A stretch of DNA of 64,000 bases from Eledone cirrhosa. Taxonomy: Eukaryota. Numbering within the stretch: position 1 is the first letter of the stretch; every line of letters begins with the position of its first letter. The stretch spans positions 136,028,001-136,092,000 of the forward strand of contig OZ024741.1 in assembly GCA_964016885.1 (NCBI GenBank). The letters run 5' to 3'. This document shows, piece after piece, positions 39,366 to 53,199 of the stretch. Under the pieces are notes generated by a model that made no database searches, was not told where the DNA came from, and worked only from the letters and a program-made list of their open reading frames with translations. The translations under genes were made by a program, and so were the position numbers.

Positions 39366-39827
39366 AATATTAAGATAGTAGAAAGACCAGGTACCTCCGT
39401 AAAAACACTTATTACCAAGACATACCCGTTCCAAAGACCCTCATGTATAGATAAGAAATGTATAACCTGTAAAAGAAGCCCCCATATTAACTGTAAAACT
39501 AGAAATGTAGTGTTTAGCATAAGATGTACTGAAGGACAATGTAGAAACAAAAATATAGTGTACATAGGTGAGACAGCTCGTAGCATAGGGGAACGGATAA
39601 ATGAACACTGGCGAGACCTTCAAGATAATAAAGAATCATCTGTACTCTACCAACATGCTAAGATAGAACACAAGGGTAAATTAGAGAACATAGAAATAAA
39701 AATAGAATCCACACACAGAAAAGACACAATGTTTAGGCAAATTACAGAGGCAGTAAGCATAAAAGAATTACAACCAAAATTAAATAGAAAATATGAGTGG
39801 AACAGCAACATCACAACTTACAATTAA
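39366..39827 (+). CDS. C-terminal fragment of PLE polyprotein (Cys linker + GIY-YIG endonuclease); open frame but no genuine start
   Basis: CIDKKCITC...NCKTRNVVFSIRC...YIGETARSIGERINEH...HAKIEH...RQITEAVSIKELQPKLNRKYEW. Confidence 0.85.
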   Translation, partial: NIKIVERPGTSVKTLITKTYPFQRPSCIDKKCITCKRSPHINCKTRNVVFSIRCTEGQCRNKNIVYIGETARSIGERINEHWRDLQDNKESSVLYQHAKIEHKGKLENIEIKIESTHRKDTMFRQITEAVSIKELQPKLNRKYEWNSNITTYN

Positions 39828-40031
39828 GGACAAAATGAAAACACACACACACATAGAACAAACAACCAACCAACAACATGTAAATAAATAAACAAATAGA
39901 TAAATGAACACAAACACACACATACACCCGGATGTGGCGCATGCGCAAACTGAGCACACAACACACACACAGAAACAAAATGGCGTAGGACAGAAGAAAG
40001 GAAAGGCACAGAAACAAAGAAAGAAATCCCC

Positions 40032-40076
40032 AGTCACTGAAGAGGTCACATAGTGTGTGACGAAAGGACTATGACT
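40032..40076 (+). ncRNA. Minimal type I hammerhead in the PLE 3' region
   Basis: agtca-CTGAAGA-g-gtcaca-tagtg-tgtgac-GAAA-ggac-TA-tgact. Stems I and II are perfect. Confidence 0.85.
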
Positions 40077-40234
40077 ATATATAAACAACTATCTGGTTGT
40101 GGAACCAACCAACCAACCAGAAATTTATAAGTTTGTAGATTTGTAAATTTATAAATTTATAAATATATAATAAATTGAAGTGAAAGCCACTGGTGCGTGT
40201 GTTTCTTATTGGCAACATGACCCTCCCAAAGTAT

Positions 40235-40529
<295 letters not shown>

Positions 40530-40639
40530 AACAAGTAAGACCCCGACGGCTGAGCTCAAGCCGTTTCGACGGCTAATTCTGGACTATTGAGTACTTTGGT
40601 GCGTTATGGTCCACCTGGTTCCTTACCACATTTCCTTCG

Positions 40640-40676
<37 letters not shown>

Positions 40677-40842
40677 CAGGGGGTGTAACTAGGAGTTACT
40701 GCAGGTTCACCCGGGTGAGGACTCGATGTTTAGGTTCACTTCTGTGATGATGTGTAGAGCCATACAGAGTGTAATATATAGAAAGTATAAAAAGGAGGAT
40801 TGATTATTCCTAATGAAGGAATAATCAATCGTCCTTTTTATC

Positions 40843-40873
<31 letters not shown>

Positions 40874-40875
<2 letters not shown>

Positions 40876-41140
40876 AGAAAGTGAGGTTTGTTTTTACAAA
40901 ATGAAAAATAACCGAGGTGTCCTACACGAGTGAAAGTATAAAGAAAAAATTTATTTGGTTCCTTTACCAGTTTCGCAGTTCTTCTGCTTTTCAAAAGTAG
41001 AGTTGAGATGGAGGGTCTGTGGTTTTTCTCCATCTCAACTTTACTTTTAAAAAGCAGAAGAATTGCGAAACCGGTAAAGGAACCAAATAAATATATATAT
41101 ATTTTTAAATAAAACTCCGGTTGCATTTTCGATTTCATCT
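40874..41140. mobile_element. Family E fold-back insert (relative at 56633-56932)
   Basis: Arms 40949-41013 and 41027-41092. Shares GAAACCGGTAAAG, TTGAGATGGAG and TATACTTTCA..CGTGTAGGACA with 56633-56932, which is also an inverted pair. Confidence 0.75.
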
Positions 41141-41158
41141 TTTTTTCTTTATATATAT

Positions 41159-41232
<74 letters not shown>

Positions 41233-41267
41233 GGAGTGTATGCATGTATATAATTCACTCCCATTCA

Positions 41268-41370
41268 TAGATTCGGTTTCCATCTGGTCATATAGTTATG
41301 AATGATCGAGCCTAGTTAATACTTAGATGGGTGACAGCTTGCGAAACTTAGATTCCCTGAGCATGTAGCT
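41268..41370 (+). pseudogene. 5S rRNA-derived sequence (5S pseudogene or SINE3 head)
   Basis: AGTTATG...TCGAGCCTAGTTAATACTTAGATGGGTGACAGCTTGCGAA resembles the 5S internal control region (AGTTAAG...TCGAGCCCGGTTAGTACTTGGATGGGTGACCGCCTGGGAA). Confidence 0.65.
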
Positions 41371-42684
41371 TACTAAAAATAAGCAGGATGTAACGGCATT
41401 GATACAAAGCTTTACCTGGCGGCCGAAGACTTGTTAGCAAAGGCGCTTGTTGGTCTTCCACAATAAAAACAAACACGTGGGCTAAGCTTGTGCTTTGGAG
41501 TGCAACTTCCTGGTACAACCATTTTCTGTTACAGTATGAGATATATACATTTAGTGCTAACATAAGAGGTCACAATTTTAAGAGTGAGAGCATGAACGTT
41601 TAATAGATGCCCATGAATCCGCCATTAGTGGTTTCCTCTGTTTCAAAACCACTATTCTATTATTTTGCTTACATTCAGTGTACATCAAATTAGATTTAAG
41701 AGTATTGAATATTTCTTTAAAACTCATGACATCCCATTTTCACTGCTGGTGTTAGGCACTTCAATCTTTCTGCTTAAGTCACTTACATTTGGAAGGATTA
41801 AAAATAAAGTTGACCACAACAGAATTTGAATTTGAATCGTAAAGGTACGATATTAACTAACAAATACATTTAAATACAGTTATTTGTTGCATTGGATTAG
41901 TCTGGAAGAAAGGGCTATGTCTATAGTATTTCAGGCTCTCTGAAACCTGTGGGATTGACATGATTAACGTTCTCTTTACACATTTGCAACACTAAGGCTT
42001 CGGGGAAAAACATATATAGAGGAGAAATTCCAGAGGGTTGACATTATCTGTGGAGCAAAGACTAGGTGTAGTCGTTAATGTGATTTATACATAACGTCAC
42101 CAATTCACTGCGATTTACTTCCTTTTAATATCAAATATTTAGTTTCTGAAGACTATCGACCTGGAAAAGTTTTCATTTTAAAATGCCAACGAAACTAATG
42201 AAATACGTACTATTGGTCGAGGTATTCTGAATGGCAGTTTCCGAAATCAAACAAGCTCACAGTAATAATAATCCCATTGCTTTTCAAAATCAAACCTACC
42301 AACTAAGATCCTTGCTTTTTTTTTTTCTTCACAATTTGATGTTCTATATGAATAGTTCTACATTGCCAATAAATGCTGGAAAATAATTGAAATGATAATA
42401 TTAGATGGAATTATACAGAAATATGTTACTATATAATATAGAAAAAAAACCCAAACAAACATATATCTTGTTTAGAAAAAAATCTCATTTAAATACTGAG
42501 TTTCCATGGCTACCTGATGACTGAGTTGAAAGCATTTTCATATATTACTCTTTATCAAAATCAATAGTCAGGGTATAAATATTGCTTAACACTAACTTTA
42601 AAATTATGCGCAAAACAGAGAAATCAATACTATACAATGATGACAGAAAAGCATACATAAATACATATATTTGTATATTGTATG

Positions 42685-42727
<43 letters not shown>

Positions 42728-42882
42728 GTGTGCATTAGTAAGTGTGTGAAAGTTACACTTGTAGCTAAGATGGATGTGTTCGTATTTTCATTTTCCTATA
42801 TGTCTGTGAGTCATTATTCTAGCCCTTGATGCTTTGAATATTAAATTCAAACTTCAGGGGAAATAATTGTTCAATATATTTG

Positions 42883-42927
<45 letters not shown>

Positions 42928-43038
42928 TACATATATACATATATACATATACATATATACATATATACATATATACATATACATATATACATATACATGT
43001 ATATATATACATATACATATACATATATATACATATAT

Positions 43039-43149
<111 letters not shown>

Positions 43150-43362
43150 GTGTTGTTGGGGAGGGGTGAAAAATCAAAGGTAGAAACATACGCCAGGTTT
43201 ATGAAAACACGTGGATAGATTTAGATATTTCCAATGTTAATAGACAAACATCCGGAGGTATGCATCGGCATCGCCTTTATTCCATTGATCGCATCACAGT
43301 GTGATAAACATGTCACCTACACCAAGGCCTTTTATATATTTTTCATTCCTCCTGCTCCCCCC

Positions 43363-43396
<34 letters not shown>

Positions 43397-43397
43397 G

Positions 43398-43430
<33 letters not shown>

Positions 43431-43873
43431 TTTTGTTTTTTTGGCGGTGATAGTAATGTTAGTGAGTGTAATAGAGATGTTGGTGGTGGAGGTGGTAGTG
43501 TTGGTTGTATTATTTGACGATATCATCGCCTAAGGTTGATAGAAACAAAGTAACAGAAGGTTCGAGAGTCCTAACTGAGATGGAGGGAGAGAGGTAGTGG
43601 TAGTGTTGGCGACAATGGCAATGGTTGTGGTAAATAGACAATAAAGAGACATGCTGAAAAGAAGTGCGAGGGAACTGCTGGTGGGCGTTGTAATGTCTAC
43701 TGGGTTGGAGAAATGGGTTGTGATGCCATTGGTACCTTCTCTTAGATACCACTGGTTGCAAGGATTAGATACATATATAATCGCTATTACGTCTAATTTA
43801 TGAGTCTTGTTACTCAGGAGTTTCGCCTGCGTACTCACATATTGAGTATTCATTCCCGCGTCGTCGACACCAC

Positions 43874-43932
<59 letters not shown>

Positions 43933-43973
43933 AAAAAAAAGAGAATCAGTGTTGCGAAGAATAGAATTTATTG

Positions 43974-44068
43974 GACATATTACAATCGTTTCTCTGGCGA
44001 CCAGCTCGAGGCACGATCGATGTGATGATCGAACGTGACTCTGAAATCGTATGTTCCTCAGATACGTC
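43974..44068 (-). ncRNA. Type I hammerhead with ~62-nt stem II, in a PLE-like 3' end ending at (AT)n 43929
   Basis: gacgtat-CTGAGGA-...gagtcacg-ttcgat/atcga-tcgtgcctc...-GAAA-cgattg-TA-atatgtc, followed by AATAAA. Confidence 0.7.
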
Positions 44069-44238
44069 TTGATTCTACGAAGCAGATTTTCCAAGTATCC
44101 TTTTACATCGATATCCCTCGCCTGTCAGCTTAGATCCTATTGTTGTCATTCTATGAGTGGTCAAGAATTGTACACGTCATCGATGTTTCTAGCCACTCAT
44201 GCACACACACACACACGCGCGCGCGCGCACCCACACAT

Positions 44239-44270
<32 letters not shown>

Positions 44271-44875
44271 GTGCGTGTGTGTGTGTGTATGTGTGTGAAT
44301 AGAAATGCATTCCATAGTTAATGGAATTTTTGTTTTAAATCACTATATTACATATGTCAGATCGAGCTGTTTATAGTAAAAATAGACGAGAGTACGACTG
44401 GGTGGAACATATCTACAATAAACACGTACGAGCTGGAGATCAAATGACGTACAGGGCTCATGAGTACATTTGAAAAGATGAGTGAGTAATTGTTGATAAA
44501 AGTTCAAATAGTATACCCATTAGTCATGGTTCTGCATCTGAAATGAACCATAAGAGACTTTGCTATGGTTAATCAAATAGATACGACAATAGTGACGTTT
44601 CAAGTTAAAACTTGCAGCACATAGTGACCTAATCTTTAGCAAGGCGGGAGCAGCTAATTTTTCCGACAGTAGGAAACAATTTTGTCATAATTTAGTCATA
44701 ATTTAGTCATAATTAATTAATAATCTTCGTGACATTATGTACAACATATACGTACGTACATATATATATATATATATATATATATGTAAAAGGTAAACAG
44801 AAATAACGATACAATCGGTACATTTGGAAGGGATATATACATATATATATATATACACACATATATATACATAGA

Positions 44876-44969
<94 letters not shown>

Positions 44970-45319
44970 ATTACGGGTAGTTGATTGACAGAATAGTTTT
45001 CTATTTTTCAGTTACGGTTCTTTACACTGTTTGATTAATTCCTGCCTGGGCCAATTTGCCATTCGAACTTCCGGGGTTAAAAAATAGAGTATCAGTCAAG
45101 TAATATTGTCAATATAATCGATTTTCCCTTTCCTGCAAATGTCTGATTTTGGTTTCCATCAAAATCCAGTGGAGTTTCATTCTCAGGCAGAAAGTTTGTA
45201 ATTTGGAAATGGGAATTCGTAGCGCTAAATGAATATTTTCTCGAATAGCACTTTGATTCTCAGTGCGTTGCTTTAAATGGTTACCCGGGGGACGAATTAA
45301 TTGTCAATATAGTTAGAAA

Positions 45320-45410
<91 letters not shown>

Positions 45411-45467
45411 TATATATATATTTATACATAAATATATACATATATATATATATACATATATATATAC

Positions 45468-45669
<202 letters not shown>

Positions 45670-45670
45670 C

Positions 45671-45757
<87 letters not shown>

Positions 45758-45852
45758 ATATAATTCAATATAATAAAGAGAGATAATCACAGATATGTGT
45801 TCAAATCGCAAGAGACCAGATTCGCTAGGCTAAATATGTACATATATATACA

Positions 45853-45922
<70 letters not shown>

Positions 45923-46344
45923 GATAGGGTTTAGCTCGACATTCAGTGATTTCGATCTTGTTGTAAGGAAGTATGTTTGGAACGTGACAAGCGAAGTTTA
46001 GAATTGAAATTCGAAATAGGAAAAGAAGCTTTTCCGTAATATTGACGAAACAACATATTCTAATAACGGAGCGAAGCTTCTAATTTCTATTTCAACATAT
46101 AGCTACATACCTATATCAAATCCATTCCATGGCCGTCTCACTTCTGTTGAAGGAACCCATCCCTGTTTTATTCCGCCGCTATCTGTTTAGTTTTCGTCAT
46201 GTCAGGGGTGTAGCCTTATTCACCACGTGTGGCCAAAGCGGATTGGTGATGAAATTTAATCCATGGTTTCGGTGGATGGCCGTTGAATCTGAAGACTTCA
46301 TCTGTCCTTTTAACAGTTTTTATTTTTTGTGCTTCTGGGGTTTC

Positions 46345-47700
46345 ACTTCTATAAAAACTCTACCATATATCTCCACACACAACCCCCTCAACAATGAGGC
46401 ATTCGACACCATCCTCCAGAACATTCCTTTACTAAAAAGAGACCCAAGAATGAACAAAATCCTCCAAACACCTAACATCATAAAGAGCAAAAGACAACCT
46501 AAATCCATAAAAAACATCCTCAAACAAGCCAAAATCCAACCAACCCTCACAATGAACCCTACAGTAAAAAAATGCGGAAGGCCTAACTGTGGCATATGCA
46601 TAAATCTAATAGAAGGCTCAACATACCATTTTAAACAAGGACAACATTTCACAGTTAAACACAACTTTACATGTGCATCTGAAAACCTAATCTATGTTTT
46701 GACCTGCTCAGGTTGTCGAAAGCACTACATAGGACAGACAAAAACCAGCCTACGACAAGGTATGAATGTCCATAGATCACAAATCAAAATACAGGAATAC
46801 TGAAAGATTGCTTTTAGTGAACATATCGCCAATTGTACATCTAACCAACATCCAAACTTTAAAATTTTCCCCATTTATAAATTCATAGACAACGCTACTT
46901 TCATCCATCGTACCACTCAGGAAACGTACTTCATTAACAAATTCCAACTCTACTTAATGGACTAAACTTCGGACTAAACTAAAACTGGAACGAACAATGA
47001 ACCAAAGCCAAATCCCTATGTTACCTCCCTAACACCCTACCTAATCCTTTTTCTTATATAAATGAATTACCCCCTCTCATTTCTCTCTCCCCTACCTGAC
47101 CACCCTGAATTACCTTCCCCTGCATATTAACTCTCTAAAAAAGGAAATCATATCAAACCCCAGGCTACCATTTGCCTCCATCATGGATCGACTAAGCACT
47201 CTTGCCATAATAACACATTTTGAACTGCTTATCTTCAAGAACTATGCCTGTAAATAATATTAGTTTTTCTTTCCCATTACCTTATCATGTTCCACATTAT
47301 CCCCCCTTTTTTTACTTTTTTTCTTCTCACTTCAAAAACCTTGTTTGTAAATAACATTACTCTTCACCATTTCCTTAACATGTTTAACATCACCAACATT
47401 TTACACCAATACAAATTCCCCCCTTTGATAATGCATAACATGCTGAAACCGGTAATAGACAATTATTAAATATATAAATAAATAAATAAATGCCATTGTT
47501 ATTTAATAAATAAATTAACTAATACCTTAACACTTCACACAAAGTAAAATATTTTGTTTTAAACATTTTCTAACCCAGAAAAAAGAGGAAAAAATAAAAG
47601 GGAAAAAAAAAATGTTTCTTCCTAATAATCGTCTTTTTCTCCCTATTTTCATATATATATATTCCAACTCGTGTGCTCCTTCTCCACATTTTATTATTAT
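46345..47700 (+). mobile_element. 5'-truncated Penelope-like element (Neptune-like Cys linker)
   Basis: GIY-YIG coding region 46351-46965, a long 3' region, and a decayed hammerhead TTGATAA-tgcataacatgct-GAAA-ccgg-TA at 47425-47454. Ends at AT/CA repeats. Confidence 0.85.
46351..46965 (+). pseudogene. PLE linker + GIY-YIG endonuclease remnant
   Basis: LPYISTHNP...KRQPKSIKNIL...KCGRPNCGIC...FTCASENLIYVLTCSGCRKHYIGQT...HRSQI...Y*KIAFSEHIANC...ETYFINKFQ. In-frame TGA at 46801. Confidence 0.9.
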
Positions 47701-47744
47701 TACATATATATACATATATATATACACACACAGACACACACACA

Positions 47745-47922
<178 letters not shown>

Positions 47923-48392
47923 CACCAACCAGAAACTGCCACATTCTTTTAATATTATCCCGACTACCATGCAACCATCTCACACACCATGTGATGTAGC
48001 TCCATTTATTTAAGTTTTTCGTATTTTTGCACGTTTTTCTGATGTAAACCACTATAATATAGAGAATATTTTGTCGAACGTGTGGCTGGTTCATGTCTAA
48101 ATGTAAAACCTCTGACTTCAATACACATAGATAACAGTTGTAATCTAATGAAACCCTTATTGAAATTGAACAGATGGCAACTAACTCTAGAATTAAAGCA
48201 GTAAGAAGGAAAACCATGTTTCTTCTTACACACACAGAAACCCATCAAACACACGCATTTATTAGTATTTTTTTAATGTTATTAACGGAACGAATTCCAT
48301 ATACACTATGAGGTTGCGGTGTCAGATATAATTGCGCAAATGTGATTATAATATGTATTTACATACATACACATACAGACACACCACACATA

Positions 48393-48453
<61 letters not shown>

Positions 48454-48472
48454 ACACACACACACAGACACA

Positions 48473-48518
<46 letters not shown>

Positions 48519-48548
48519 ATATATATATGTATATATAATATATATATG

Positions 48549-48603
<55 letters not shown>

Positions 48604-48724
48604 TATATTATATAGTACATCAGCAGCAACTTCGAAGTTTCAGCTTATTCGCATCATACCCACTTTACTTACCAGAATTGAATGTAGGTATTCAATTAAT
48701 ATTTGAACATTTAAAATACTACTG

Positions 48725-48791
<67 letters not shown>

Positions 48792-49430
48792 GAAAGGGAG
48801 GGGGGGAGAATATTGTTCTGGTCCGTAGTTACATTAAACTACAAAGTGGCTTCTGGATTAGTAAGGACAATATCTTACAGATGAGAATGGAACTACCAAG
48901 GAATTATTAAATAGTTCATAGTAGTGAACATACATTAGATAGATTTGATGGAATTTTTTTAATGTGTTAGTAATGTTTATTAACTTCTGACATCATGTAA
49001 TATTTCAGCAGAAATTATCTCAAAACCGATATATTAACTCCAGTGGATAAATCAATGTGAGAATGTGGAAAACTGGAGTAATTCCGTCTGTTATGCTAAA
49101 CATTTTATTGTGTATGCGTGGCTGTTAATCAAGTCCTGAAAACAGATTGTTAATTCAAATGTTTATAGTATTAACGAACAGATTTAGGCGTAAATTTGCT
49201 GTAAACGAAAAAAAAAAATGAAGCAGTGATCATGATGCTTCGTAATTTTTAGTAATGTCTTGCTAATGCAGTTTCAATCGGCACAGGACTTTGCATTTTA
49301 GCCTGAAACATAAATCACCTATAGATATATAGATATAGTATTAGTTGTGAAACATGAGTGTGAATGTCTTCGTGTACGAAGTATATATATATATACTTTG
49401 TATACACAAAGACATCACACACATGTTTCA

Positions 49431-49522
<92 letters not shown>

Positions 49523-49582
49523 TATGTATATATATAGAGAGAGAGAGATTACAGTAATCAAAGTTCAGTTTAAGTCATTTAT

Positions 49583-49631
49583 TTGCTTACAATTGTTTCC
49601 TCCAAACCGAGGTTTGGATTCTTCGGAGCAA
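49583..49631 (-). ncRNA. Hammerhead (U4C variant) in a ~95-bp solo island (49548-49643)
   Basis: ttgct-CCGAAGA-a-tccaaacc-tc-ggtttgga-g-GAAA-caattg-TA-agcaa, overlapping AATAAA. Confidence 0.7.
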
Positions 49632-49639
49632 CTATTTAT

Positions 49640-49738
<99 letters not shown>

Positions 49739-49775
49739 GTATATATATATATACGTATATATATATGTATATATG

Positions 49776-49831
<56 letters not shown>

Positions 49832-49837
<6 letters not shown>

Positions 49838-51029
49838 CCTTATCCAGCCCTCTTTGGATTTTTGTCTTCAAATTTATTATTATTACTATATATATATATA
49901 TATATATAGTAATACTAATAAATTTGAAGACTAAAATCCAAAGAGGGCTGGATAAGGATAAATATATATCAAATATTTATTGAACTAACAGATTAAAGTT
50001 TAAGCAAAGAATCGCTGCTTTCACCCTTAACGGGATCTTCTGAAACTAAAAAAAATCAATCTGTGAACGCTGAAGTAAATATTTCGAAACACGTTTCAAC
50101 CGAAGGAAGACAGGAAGACGAAACTTTGGTTCGTGTAAACGTTCCCTGGCAAAGAACGGAAAAAAACGAAGATAATACGTCATTATTTGGAATGGTGAAA
50201 ACAATTACACGCAAAGACAAAACCACGTTTCTGGTATAAATGAAGTCGTAGCTAATATTCTATTAGGTGGTTCGTGGAGACGTTCTCTGGCAATGAACGA
50301 AAAAAAAACGAAGATAATACGTCATTATGTGGTGCGTGAGAACAATTACACGCAAAGACAAAAACACGTGTATGGTATAACTGAAGACGTAAGCTAAAAT
50401 TCTATTTTGGAAGCCGAATGAATCTCGGCTTCAGAGTTAAGAAAATGTAAATAAATTACAGAGGTAATTGAAATCAACAAAAAATAAATATATACATGCA
50501 CGGATCCAAAGATCACATCTTAAACAAAAAATCTGAGGCAATTTCGGCTTTTAAACATAAATTGCACAACACTTTCCTGTATTACAGCCCCACATTATAC
50601 CCTAACGGATAGTACAAACTATACGCGGATATTTTATGTCTTGATGTGGTAGCTAAGTATATGTTATGTTTATACCTTTACTTATTTGTATAGGTAAGTA
50701 TATATTACCTGTATGTTTTGTGAAGGTCCGTATACTTTCTGGTACATATATTTGCTTGTATATGTTATAGGCGTATATATTATATTATATATACTGGTAC
50801 ATGTCCATATGGTTATGTGTATACGTGAGTTTTGCGTCTGTGTGAGTATGCGGGTTCGTACGTATGCAGGGTGTGTGTATATGTGTAATCTGTGCTTTGG
50901 TTGACGTACGTTTAGCGAACATAAGTGTATCTACATGTAGGTACGTGTGCGCGCGCGTTATATACGTATTTATGTGTGTATATTTATATAAGTTTATATA
51001 ATTATATGTAAAGACGCACACACACACGC

Positions 51030-51060
<31 letters not shown>

Positions 51061-51568
51061 TATATATTTTATGTGTATTTGGTGTATACGTTCGTATGTG
51101 TGCGGGTACAGGTGTTGCGTGGGTTCTGTATGTGCGTGCCTTTTTGTTTTGTGTACGTGCTTGTATTTGCATACCCATGGCGGGTGTTTTCGCGTATGCA
51201 TGTGTATGTACGTATATGGATGCGTGCATGTATATATTTATTTTTTGTTGATTTCAATTACCTCTGTAATTTATTTACATTATTCTTAACACTGAAGCCG
51301 AGAATCATTCGGCTTCCTAAACGTGGTTTCGTCTTTGCGTGTAATTGTTCTCACGCTCCACATATGACGTATTATCTTCGTTTTTTTCCGTTCTTTGCCA
51401 GGGAACGTTTCCACGAACCAAAGTATCGTCTTCCTGTCTTCCTTCATTTGCAACGTTTTTCGAAATATGTACTTCTGCGTTCACAGATTGATTTTTTTAG
51501 GTTCAGAAGATCCCGTTAAGGGTGAAAGCAGCGATTCTTTGCTTAAACTTTAATCTGTTATTTCAATA
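49832..51568. mobile_element. Family F large head-to-head pair with tail-to-tail 3' duplicate
   Basis: Arms at about 49976-50508 and 51217-51568. The left arm has an internal tandem duplication of about 140 bp. 49832-49888 is mirrored at 49906-49963. A third copy lies at 57131-57292. Confidence 0.85.
49997..50047 (-). ncRNA. Hammerhead-like motif with CAGAAGA core and closed stem III (copies at 51499-51549 + and about 57134-57179 +)
   Basis: agttt-CAGAAGA-t-ccc-gttaa-ggg-t-GAAA-gcag-cgattct-ttgc-TT-aaact. Confidence 0.55.
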
Positions 51569-52011
51569 TATATATATATATAAAATGTATATATGTGTAA
51601 GTGTCTGTATATACGTATATTATATATTTTATTGATATATACATGTGCATATAAACACATGTGTGGAGAATGAGAATGTAAAGAGATATTAAGGTGATAA
51701 ATTCCAATCATATCAAGAGAATGCAGTCAGATTTTTGGTTTTGACACATCAAAATATCATCAACGGAGATTGGAAAAGTTGTGAAACGTTGCTATATATA
51801 TACTAATCATTTATTGTTGTATTCTTTTCCTGGTTTCGTTCATTAGTCTCTAGTCATGCTACGTCATTACATGTGCATCGAGTGGTCACATTTGTAACAC
51901 TACTTGTAATTCTCCATATCACCTATACCATTATATATATATATATGTATATGTATAGGAAAAGAGTCAGGATCCCGACGGCAGAGCTCAAGCCGTCGAC
52001 GGCTATTTCTG

Positions 52012-52065
<54 letters not shown>

Positions 52066-52184
52066 AGTAAGAATATTTTGGAAACAGCAAGTGGGTTTGA
52101 AATTATTAGAAATGTAAGCTATCGCCGTATTTTGACTAAAGAAATTAAAGAAATTATTTAGCCTGATAGCTTACATTTCTAATA

Positions 52185-52231
<47 letters not shown>

Positions 52232-52953
52232 GGTATAGGTGATTCGGAGAATTATAAGTAGTGTTTCGAATGTGACCACTCGTCGAACAATGTCCGTCGT
52301 ATATATATATATTTACATATATATACGACGGACATTGTTCAACCCTAGGTTATTGTAGAACACACTTGGCCATGGTAACTTGCAGTAGGAACGATTCCAA
52401 ACTAATATAGTTACGAGAGTATCTCTTTCACCATATAGCCATGCCTACTATCAGACCAATAAAATAAAATATCATGAAATAAAATAAACTAATTTGAATA
52501 GTCTTTATAATGTTAATATCCTCGTGAGTGTCAATGACACTGTTACCTTATTTATTCTCTTTTTTTTTTATATAACTTTCTTTCCTTAATCCTTTCAACA
52601 ATTATACAATGAAATACCAATAAAGAAATTAGTTTTTGACGATATCTTACACATCTTAAATATTCATAAACATTAAGATGTGTGTGTTTTTTTTTCTGAG
52701 TTGCTGTTGAAATCTGCAAATGTCATTACATTTTATTTCAGTATATTATTCTGTCTTCTTCTTAGAATCTCTGAATACAGTGATTTTCGTTGCCAACAAC
52801 GGAATAAGAATACATTAAATGAATCATTCCAATAATTACGTATTAACGACTTTTCAAAATGTGTTGAAATGCTTCTGTTCCGCTTTAGAATCTAATCTCT
52901 TATTACACACGTATGATACTTTGATGCAGAGCCTAATGTACCTGTTTCAACAG

Positions 52954-53199
52954 TGTCTGATGTCATCGTCCACGATGTAATTATTCGTGAAGGTGTGTGG
53001 ACTAATGGTTATAGCGATACACTCCCGTTCATAAGCTTTTCGGCTGGATTGCTTGGGCAGTTGGCATGGTGTAATACTGAGCATGACCTTTCATTTCACT
53101 TTGCGTTTCATCATGGGACGGTCATCATTATCTTTAAAACATTCGGGAAGTCTCCTATGCGATACACCTTCATAGAACGCCAGTCAAACGTGCATGGAT
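52954..53199 (+). CDS. Candidate internal coding exon (phase 1-1, 246 nt) of an unidentified host gene
   Basis: CTAAT branch-like motif at 52933, acceptor tttcaacag, open frame SDVIVHDVIIREGVWTNGYSDTLPFISFSAGLLGQLAWCNTEHDLSFHFAFHHGTVIIIFKTFGKSPMRYTFIERQSNVHG, donor GTGAGT at 53200. GC is raised relative to the flanks. Confidence 0.6.

Noticed and set aside
46129-46344. N-terminal ~70 aa of the 224-aa ORF
   Set aside because: Strand composition flips at about 46345 and there is no PLE similarity. It is probably an inverted or unrelated piece, and no exact partner was found in the window.
46801-46803. In-frame TGA in the PLE endonuclease as possible selenocysteine (some PLEs are reported to encode Sec)
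   Set aside because: The position is not an evident Cys site, a CGA-to-TGA CpG change is simpler, the copy is otherwise decayed, and no SECIS was recognised.
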